A DNA stretch of 64,000 bases, taken from NCBI RefSeq assembly GCF_009914755.1, contig NC_060936.1. One strand, written 5' to 3'. Shown one piece after another: positions 53,633 through 64,000 of this stretch (its first letter is position 1; every line of letters starts with the position of its first letter). The notes beneath the pieces were generated by a model, which was not told the DNA's origin, searched no databases, and saw only the letters and a list, made by a program, of their open reading frames with translations. Origin of the DNA: the human T2T-CHM13v2.0 reference genome, Homo sapiens. Made by a program: the position numbers and the translations under genes.

Positions 53633-54269
53633 AAAGCACACACGTTTGGAAGAACACTGGAACTAGTACCAGACTTACTCTAAGAGAAGGTTGTGTTGAG
53701 GTGTGTTGCCAGTTCACAGACTCAGGACAACAGTACACGTTTTCCAGGTGCCAGATATGGACTTCATGAGCTACCTTGAAAATAGTCCTGCTGAGGAAAG
53801 TTTCCTACCAGGGAATTGACTAGGGGTATACCAGCTGTTTATTTTTGCCCTACCCACAGGGCACCAATCCCATGTTTTAATCATACCAGTTATTTATCCT
53901 TTATCCCCCAACCCCCTTGGAATCTGCAGAGGCTCAGAACAATCATAAGCTACTGAAAGTGTGAGGACATGTCCCACTATGGGGTTCAAGAGTCCAAATA
54001 CAAAACAGCTTGGGGGAGAGGAAAAGTTTCAAATTGGATGAGGATCTGAAATTTTTATAGTTTGGAAACTACAATGGATTTTTATGTTGCCTGATACTAT
54101 CTTAAAAGCCATGCCATTTTGCCATTCATCGGGAGCGAAAGAGCAACTCAACAGAAAGGAATTAAAAGGACCAGTTGGAGAAAATATAAACCTGCTTTCT
54201 GTTTGCAACCTACTGTGTACAAGTCCTTCCAAATAATGGTTGCCATTTTATATCACACCCAGACTTAAC

Positions 54270-54690
54270 CTCTAAGCTCTAAATTAAATATGTAACCGAA
54301 CACTTGATGTCTACATTTAGATGCTTTGTAGGCATCTCTACTTTAGCAAGTCCAAAACTTGATTCCAGCCCCTTTCAATGCTGATCCAATTCTTCCTCCT
54401 TCTTTCAGCCTTTCTCGTCTCTTTACAAGGCATTATCACCCACTCACTCTCCCAACCAGTAAACAGAGAGTGATTACTCCCTCTACCCACCATATGTGTC
54501 TAGTATTTTAACAGGTCCTGTTTATTTTCTCTGCAAAATACATAACAAATCCATCTACATCTATCCATAACCATTATCATAGCTCTCATCAAGGTCACAG
54601 TCACCTTTCACCCAAACCGCACAGCAAAAAGTCCTCTAACTAGTCTCTCCACATCTATGGTTGCCTTTTTTCAGTCTTTCAACATAGCAG
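54270..54690 (+). mobile_element. L2 remnant
   Basis: cacttgatgtctac...aggcatctc...gtccaaaactt; aagtcctctaactagtctctcc. Confidence 0.6.
54592..54606. promoter_or_regulatory. Candidate ERE inside an L2 remnant
   Basis: AGGTCA-cag-TCACCT, one mismatch to consensus. Confidence 0.3.
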
Positions 54691-56002
54691 ACACAATATT
54701 AATTAAGCAACCATTTTATTAAGGTGTTTCAACTTGTACAAACATAAGCGGTTTTCTTTTTCTAATTGTTGCTGAGCCATTGTTTCCCACTGGGGAATGT
54801 CTTCCTGAGCAATATCTCAGCCTGATTTCCTAAGTTTTCAGTCACTTCTCACAAGTTGGTCTCATGCAGCTTCTGAGACAGACCAGTTTATTTGAACACT
54901 TTAACTCTGTATCCATTTCAGATCTTTTCCGCATCTGCTCTGCCCAGGTGACTCTTGTAGTTCACATGGCCCTGAACAGAAGGGCTCTGTTTCTTATTGG
55001 CTCTAACCTTTCTAGATCTGGGGATGAAGAAGAGGTCAGAGTGACAGAGTGATATCCTTTGTGATTTCTTTGCAAGACCATAGCCTTCTCCTCGTTTGCT
55101 TGGGAACAGTTGTTCTAGCTTCCTTGTCCATGACCTGCAGTGGATAGGTGGCAACACCCTCCTGGACATTAGCTGTCACTTGTAAAACTCAGAAATGTCT
55201 CTGGCTGAGTCCTTGCCATGGCAGCCTCATGCTGTAGTTTTATGGCATCTGCACTTCTTGTTCAACATCATGTCCCTAACAGGCCTACAAGTCATCCTCC
55301 AAAACTGACAACACCTCTACACTATCACACAGAGGCTGGTAGGATTCAGACTAGGACCTAATCTTATCGAGTTCTAATTGTCCAACTCTGCCTTCTTGCA
55401 CCTGCTTCCTCTCCCTGAATAAATGCCAAGCCTTGTTTAGAAAGGATGTGGAAAAGAAAACGTAGATTATGTAATAACCACATTTCCAGGTTTCCGAGGA
55501 TCTCTGAAATTTGTTCTAACTCTGTCCTTCCTAGAATTTATGTAAACTAATACATTTCAACTTCTGTCAGTTTAGTTAGATTTATATCACTTACAAACCA
55601 AAAAAATAGTGACTACCACAACAGATAAAGCACTGGGGTTTATGTCAATGCGAACAGAGCCAAGCACCAAGCACTGGAGCAAATTCAGCAGGACTATTTT
55701 CTAGTCTAAGTCATGGCTTTCCAGGATCTCTGGCTGATTTTTTGTTTGGTTGCCTTTTTTTCTTTTATTTGAATCCATGTTTAAATAGGACAGTACTACT
55801 AAAAGCACAGCCCATGACAGAATAAACAGAGAAAGCACACAGAATTGAGAGCAATTTGGCACTGTCATGACATCCAAGCATGTGATCAGTGAACTCATCT
55901 TGCTGAAAAAGAAGTTGACTGGTTTGAGTGTTTTCTTTTTATTTCATTTTCTAGTAATCCATTCTTACTGTTTTGTCAAAGGTCGAATTCTTTGATGAAG
56001 TT

Positions 56003-56376
56003 GGAAAGTAAGGAGAAAAAGGTGAAGAGGGGCAGAGGGAAGATAAGGAAAGAAGGAGAGAAGGAGGGAAAAAGAAAGGAAAGGAGAGGAGAGGAGAATA
56101 GGAAGGGAAGGCGAGGGGAGAGGAAAGAGAGGGGAGGGGAGGGGAAAGGGAGGGGAGGGGAAGGGGAAGAGAAGGGGAAAGGAAGGGGAAAAGGGAAAGG
56201 AAGAGGGAGGGAGGAAAAGGGGGTAGAGGGGGAGAGAGGAGGGGAGCAAAGAAGGAGAGGGTAGGGGAGGGAAGAGGAGGGGAGGAGAGGGGACTGGGGG
56301 GAGGAGAGAGAAGGGGAGGGGAGGGGAGGGGAGGGGAGAGGACAGGAGAGGAGAGGAGAGGGAAGGGAAGGGAAAA
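56003..56376. repeat. Polypurine (GA-rich) low-complexity tract
   Basis: ~370 bp almost free of pyrimidines on +, with (GGGGA)n and (GGAGA)n runs. Confidence 0.95.
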
Positions 56377-59300
56377 GGCTGGCCTTTACCACAAATAGTT
56401 TAAGTATTACTGCACTCATATATTTTCTGTAAACTGCCTACGATTCCTTGTACAAAGTAGTAAGTAAAAAAATAAATACATAAACGCCCAACTCCACAAC
56501 TTTAGTTCTCTGAGCCGATAATTTACCCGCCTTCCCACTGATGTTCTTTTTCCCACCCCATGCAACTATATGCACCTATTCATTTCCCCACCTACCCAGC
56601 CAATTTCCTCGTCACCATACTGCCAACCACTACAGTTTTCTTCAATTTTGATGTTGCTTGAAATACTGTTTAAAATGAAATGAACAAATATCATAGTGCC
56701 TAAATGAAAATGGTCTTGTGACCCAAAAGGGGTCGTGATCTTCAATAACTTTTCATGTCCTGTTAACTTTTGCCTAAATTTCCTTAGCATTTATAAGAAA
56801 ATTTAATGCTCACTTTTTTTGAGTCAAATATTTCACAGTTTATGTAAGACCTCTTTCTTTAAAAAAAAAGTTTAAGGAGATTAATGTATCAATTTGCATT
56901 AGGAAAAGCAAGTATTAAGAAGAACATTAAAAAATGTTTATGTAATGATGATATTACACATTTTTCTGAATGCAGTCTGTTTGAAACTCTAATTAAAAAA
57001 TAAGATAAATTAATATCTGTTGAGTTTATCTCAATATGATTATTGTGGTTCAGTATTTATCAACAATAAAACATTTTGTTAAGGATCAACTGAAGGATTG
57101 CCTTTCCCTCAATCACATTTGGCTTTGTGTCAGTGTTAGTTCAAGGTTATTTTTCTCTTCCATGTGGAGTAAATATGCCAAAGATATTATCTATCTGTGA
57201 GATAATAAAACAAAATGAAGAAATATTGGGAAATATTGGGTTCTTATAAATATTTCACTTGGTTAAATATTTTGTTAAAACAAAACCATAGAAAATGTAG
57301 AATGTATCTGGAATTCTACAAGTTAAGAAAAAGTGTATTTTATTTAATAATTTAAGTGTTTTAAAATATATTACAGTAAAACTATAAATACTGACTTCCT
57401 GTTCCAAAATGGTGGCATAGAAGCAACCTGACATCACTCCCCCATCTTACAAAAAACCAAAAGCAAATGCATAGTGCCAGGATTATCATTTGTGATATCC
57501 CAGAACTCAGATATGAGGATGAAACAGTTCCTGGGGCTACAGAGATGTAAAAAACCTCTGAGCAGATGAAATTTCCATATCCATGCTGCCTTTCCCCACA
57601 ATCTGCCTGGCACCAACCATGCAAAAATTTCCTCCTAACTCACAGCTTCTCCACTGGAATAGCTGAGATATAGGTGAATGACCAGCTTACCACCATCTTG
57701 GGTTTTTTGGCAGTAGACCTGTTCCTGCCAACACATTTGGAAGCATCTTGAGTGCCTGAAGGAGACAGATCCCTGAGAAGAGCCAGAGACATAGGGAGGA
57801 TGCAGGACTACCATTACCAGCTCTGAAAACTGCTCTGTAACTCAGCCAAAGGAGACAAAATCAGAATAGCTGCTCAGCACCACTACACTGTGGAAGGTAA
57901 GTTCTATGGATCCCCTGGGCACAAATCGCTACCCAGACTTGACACACTGAAGAGGTATCCCCTTTGGGACCTCAAATCATTTATTAGAGCTGAGGCAAAC
58001 CTAGACATAAAGTGCCACCTAGAACCTAAAAGGAGGCAGTTACCTAATGGTAAAGAACCTCTAAGCAAATATATCCAATAAAAAAAAAAACAAAATAAGC
58101 CAGAGAGAGAAGACTGGAATAAATGGCTAGTCCTTCAGTGCAAAAACATAGACATACATACACAAGAGAAATGAGCAAACAGGGAACCATGACCTCCCCA
58201 AAGGACAAAGCAAGGAACCAGTGATTGTCCTTAATGAGATGGTGAACTGTGAGCTACCTGACCAAGATTTCGAAGTAGCATCTTCGGGAAATGAAGCAAT
58301 CCCCAAGATAGCAACAAAAAGCAATTCAGAAAGTTATCAGAGAAGTTAAACAAAGACATTGAAGTAATTTAAAAAAACAAATCTTGAAACTGAGAAATAC
58401 ATTTACTGAACTGAAAAATTAATTACAGGTTTTCAACAGTAGACTGCATCAAGCAGAGGAAAGAATCTAAAAGCTCAAAGACAGGCTATTTGAAAATATA
58501 CTGTGAGGAGAAAAAAGAAAAGAAAGAATAAAAGGAACTATAATCATCTACAAGATATGGAAAATTACCTCAAAAGACCAAAATTCAGGATTATTGGTAT
58601 TCAGGAGGGAGCTGAACAAGAGCAATGGACAGAAAGATTATCCAAAGAAATAATAACAGAAAGCTTCCTAAAATTTGAGAAAGATATAAATATTCAGGTA
58701 CAGGGAGGTCAGAGAACACCAAGCAGATTCGACTCAAATAAGACTACCTCAAATCATAAAATATTCAAATTTTCGTAGGTCAAGGACAAAGAGAAGATTT
58801 TAAAAGCAGCAAGAGAAAAGAAGAAAATAACTCATAGAGGAATGCCAATTCATCTGGCAACAGACTTGTCAACAGAAACCATAAAGGCCAGGAAGAAGTA
58901 GGATGACATTTCCAAAGTGCTCAAAGAAAAAAACCCTGCAATCCAAGAATATTGTACCCGGCAAAGCTATTTTTCAAATGTGAAGGAGAGATAAAGTCTT
59001 TGCCAGACAAAATCTGAGAGAATTAACCACCATCAGACTGGTCTTAGAAGAAATACTATAATAAGTTATTTAATCTGAAAGAAAAAAATACACTAACATG
59101 CAGAAAAGAAAACATTTGAAGGTTAAAACTTACTGGTAAACATAAGTGCACTGACAACCCCAGAATATTCAAATACTACAATTGTGGTGTGCAGTCCATT
59201 CATAGCTCTAATATGAAGCCTAAAAGACAAATGTATCTAAAACAAAAATAGCTACAGCAAGCTGTAAGAGACAGGCAATATGAAAATATGTAAATTGGAG

Positions 59301-60692
59301 CAACTAAACATCAAAGTGTGGGGGAGATGGAGCTGAAGTGTAGAGAAGTGTTTTTAGTTGTTCCTTTGTTTGCTTATTTCTATTATCTTTTTTTGTGATC
59401 TAAGATAAGTTGTCATCTCTTTGAAGTAACTTCTTATATTTCTAATATTTTTTGTAAGCCTCATAATAACCACAATGCAAAATCCTACAATATATACTAC
59501 ATATAAAAAGCAACAAACTAAAATATACTACCAAAGAAAATCACTTAATCTCAAAGGAAGACAGTAAGAAAGGAAGAAAGAGTTCCAGAACAATGAGAAA
59601 ACAGGCAACAAAATGGCAGTAGTAAGTCCCTTTACTTATCAATAATAACACTAGATGTAAATGGTCTCGATTTTCAAATTAAATGGCACAGAGTGAGTGA
59701 ATGGATTAAAAAAAAAAAAGACCCAACTATATGCTGCTTTCAAGAAACCCACTTCACTAATAAGGCACACAGAGACTGAAATTGAAGAGGTGGGAAAAGA
59801 TATTTTATAAAACTGGAAACTAAAAAAGAAAAGTAGCTATACTTATACTTAGATAAAATAGATTACAAATCTAAAATTGTAAAAAGAGATAAAATGGTCA
59901 CCATATAATGATACAGGGGTCAATTCAGCAAGAGAATATAACAATTATAAAAATATCTGTGCATCCAACACTGGAACTCCCAAGTATATAAAGCAAACAC
60001 TAATAGATTTAAAGGGAGAGATAGACTGCAATACAGTAATAGTAGGGGACTTTAACACCCCACTCTAAGCAATGGACAGATCATCCAGACAGAAAATCAA
60101 CAAAGAAACAGCAGAGTTAAACCATACAGGAGTTTGAATAGGCCTAACTAACATTTACAGAACATTTCACCCAACTACTTCAGAATACATGTTTTTTCTC
60201 AGCACCTAGAACATTCTCCAGAATACAGCATATCTTAGGCTACAGAACACTCAAAGCAAATTAAAAAAAATAGAAATCATATCAAGTATTTTTTCTGACC
60301 ACGGTGAAATAAAACTAGAAATCAATAATGAGGAGTTTCAGAAAACACACAAACACATAGAAATTAAACAGCATGCTCCTGAAGGACCAGTAGGTTAATT
60401 AAAAAAAAAAGAATGAAACAGAAACATTTCTTGAAACAAATGATAATGGAAATATTACATAGCAAAATATGTGGGAAATGGAAAAAGCAACACTAAGAGA
60501 AGTTTATCACAATAAATACCTATATCAAAAAAGTAGAAAAGCATCAAATAACCTACCCTCAAGGAAGTATAAAATCAGGAACAAACCAAAACAAAAATTA
60601 ATAGCAAGGAACAAATAATAAGGATTGGAGCAGAAATAAATGAAACTGGGATTAAAAAACAATAAAGAAGATCAACAAAATAAAATGTTGGG

Positions 60693-60998
<306 letters not shown>

Positions 60999-63628
60999 AA
61001 GGTTTTTTGAGAAGATAATTGAAATTGACAAAAGTTTAGCTAGACTAACAACAAAAGAGAGAACACCCAAATAAATAACATTAGAAACAAAAAAGGAAGC
61101 ATAGCTATAGACAACTTAGGAATTCAAAGAAGAGACTAACTATACATTAGAGGCTATTATAAACAACTATATGCGAAGAAATTGGAAAACCTAGAAGAAA
61201 GTGATAAATTCCTATATATACACAACCTACCAAGATTGAACCATGAAGAAATAAGAAACCTAACAAACCAATAATTAATAATAAGATGGAAGCTGTAGTA
61301 CATAGCCCAGGACCTGAGGGCTTCACTACTGAATTCTACTAAACATTTAAAGAAGATGCCAATCCCTCTCAAACTCTTCAAAAAAAAAAAAAAAAATGGA
61401 AGAGGAAGGAATACATCCAAACTCACTGCACCATACCAGAATTACACTGATACCAAAACAAGACAAGGACACAATGATAAAAGAAGCCTATAGGCCAGTA
61501 TCACTGATGAACATATATACAAAATTCTCAACAAAATTCTAACAAATCAAAATCAACACATACTAAAAAAAAAAGTCACTCACTATGACCAGGTAGAATT
61601 TGTCCCAGGGATGCAAGGATAGTTCAACTTATGCAAATCAATAAATGTGATACATCACATTAAAATAACCAGAACAAAAAGCATATAAACATTTCAATAA
61701 ATTCTAATAAAGCATTGATCAAATTAACATCTCTTTATGATAAAAATCCTCATCAAACTATATAGAAGGAACACATCTCGAAATAACAAAGGCCATATAT
61801 GACAAACCCACATTTTATTGAATGAGAAAAAATTGAAGGTTTTCTTTAAGGGTTGGAACAAGACAAAAATGCCCACTTTTACTACTTTTATTCAGTATAA
61901 CACTGGAAGTCCTGGCCAAAGCAGTTAGGCAAGACAAAGCAATAAAGGGCATCCAAACTGAAAAGGAAGAAGTCAAATTAGCCTTGTTTACAGACAACAA
62001 GATTTTATACTTAGAAAAGCCTAAAGATTCCACCAAAAAATTATAAAAACAAATTAATTCAGTAAAGTTTCAGGATACAAAATCAACATACAAAAATTAG
62101 TAGCATTTATATATGCCAATGGCACATAAGCTGAAAAAGAAATCAAGAAAGCCATCCTAGTTCCAATAGGTACAAAAATATTAAATATCTAGGAATCAAT
62201 CTAATCAGAGTAAAAGACCTATTCAAGAAAAACTATAAAACTCTGATAAAAGAAATTAAAGAGGACACAAAAATGGAAATATATTCCATGCTCATGGATT
62301 GGAAGAACTGTTATTGTTAAAATGACAATTCTACCCAAAGCAATTTACAGATTCAATGCAATCTCTATCAAAGTACCAGTAACATTCTTCAAATAAATAG
62401 AAAAAAAAATCCTAAAACTTATAGCGAACCACAAAAGACCTCAAATGGCCAAACCTATCCTGAGCAAGAAGAACAAAGCTCAAGGACTAATTGACTTCAA
62501 AATCTACTGCAAATCTATAGTAACCAAAACAACATGGCATAGAAACAGACACATGACCAATGGAACCAAATAGAGAACCCAGATATAAATCCCCACATTT
62601 ACAGCCAACTCATCTTTAACAAAGGTGCCAAGAACATACAATGAGGAAAGGCAGTCTTTTCAATAAATCGTTCTGGGAAAACTAGATAACCATATGCAGA
62701 AGAATGAAACTGGGTCCCTATCTCTTACCATACCTAAAAGTCAAAATAGGTTAAAGACTTAAATCTGAGACCTAAAACTCTGACGCTACTATAAGAAAAC
62801 ATCAGGAAAACTCTCCAGGATATTGTTCTTGGCAAAGATATTTTGTGTAAGCCTTCAAAAGCACAGGCAACCAAAGCAAAAAGTAGACAAATGGGATTAC
62901 ATCAAGCTAAAAAGCTTCTGCACAGCAAAAAAACAAACAACAATATAAAACAAATAACCAAAAAACAACAAAGTGAAGAGATAACCAACAGAATGGTATA
63001 AAATATTTGCAAACCATCCATTTAACAAGAGATTAATAACAAGAATATATAATGTGCTCAAACAATTCAATAGCAAAAAACAATCAGATTTTAAAATGGG
63101 CAAAAGATCTGAACAAACATTTCTCAAAAGAAGACATACTAATGGCCAACAAGTATATTTCAAAAATGCTCAACATTATTAATCATCAGAGAAATACAAA
63201 TAAAAACTATCATATTCCCTCATTTCAGTTAAAATGGCTTGTATCAAAAAGACTGGGCATAATGGATGCTGGAAAGGATGGGGAGTCAGAGGAACCCTTG
63301 TACACTGTTGGTGAGAACATACATTAGTACAGTCATTATGGAGAACAGTATGAAAGTTTCTCAAAAAGCTGAAAATAGAACTACCATATGAGCCAGCAAT
63401 CCCACCAAATGAGCCAGTTATCCCACAATAACCCCTAGGTATACACCCCAAAGAAAGGAAATCAGTATATCAAAGAGATATCTGTACTCCTATATTTATT
63501 GCAGCACTATTTGCAGTAGCAAAGATATGGAATCAAATTAAGTGTCCATCAATGGATGAATGGATGAAGAAAATGTGATATTTATAAAAAATGGAATGTT
63601 ATTCAACCACAAAAAATGAGATCTTGTC

Positions 63629-63973
63629 TGATATGGTTTCATTCTGAGTCCCCAACACAATCTCACCTTGAATTGTAATAATTCCCACATGTCAAGGGCA
63701 GGACCAGGTGGAGATAATTGAATCATGAGATTGGTTTTCCCTATGCTATTCTCATGATGGTTAGTGAGTTCTCATGAGATCTGATGGTTTTATAAGGGGC
63801 TTCCCCTTTCACCTGGCATTCTCTCTCCTGTCACCCTGTGAAGACCATGATTGTTAGTTTCCTGAGGACTTCCCAGCCATGCATACTGTGAGTCAATTTA
63901 ATAAACCTCTTCTCTTTATAAATTACCCAGTCTTGGATATTTCTTCATAGCAGCATGGGAACAGACAAATACA
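63629..63973 (+). mobile_element. THE1 (C/D-like) solo LTR nested in the L1MA
   Basis: tgatatggttt...aatctcaccttgaattgtaataa...aaattacccagtctt...acagacaaataca; interrupts L1 gagatcttgtc|tgcagcaacatggat. Confidence 0.9.
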
Positions 63974-64000
63974 CTGCAGCAACATGGATAAAACTGGAGG

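Noticed and set aside
55965-56419. Pro/Ser/Leu- and Gly/Arg/Glu-rich ORFs
   Set aside because: Artefacts of the polypurine tract.

Overview
Human genomic DNA: it carries a human-specific AluYb8, an L1PA2 and dense Alu/L1/L2/MIR/MaLR repeats. The window holds the 5' end of RERG, a Ras-like estrogen-regulated GTPase gene (12p12 from memory), on the minus strand. Its parts are a CpG-island promoter with non-coding exon 1 (~32690-32466), a 3591-nt intron 1, and exon 2 (28874-28700) encoding [20 protein letters not shown]; intron 2 runs off the left edge. The most unexpected element lies ~13 kb upstream on the same strand. It is an intron-containing fragment of a RALGDS-like gene with two open, phase-0 exons flanked by intact GT/AG sites (46152-46015 MFSCC...RRLWPFGRRHPQ; 45597-45487 SSMQHIKQELLDGFTFSISF...). 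I found no GEF-domain exons after them. Other points: two overlapping uORFs in the RERG leader, three single-mismatch EREs, an inverted HRE pair, a twin-primed inverted L1MA, a quasi-palindromic AT-rich repeat, a chimeric Alu and a ~370-bp polypurine tract. Repeat subfamily calls and homologies come from recall, not searches; old-repeat boundaries are approximate.
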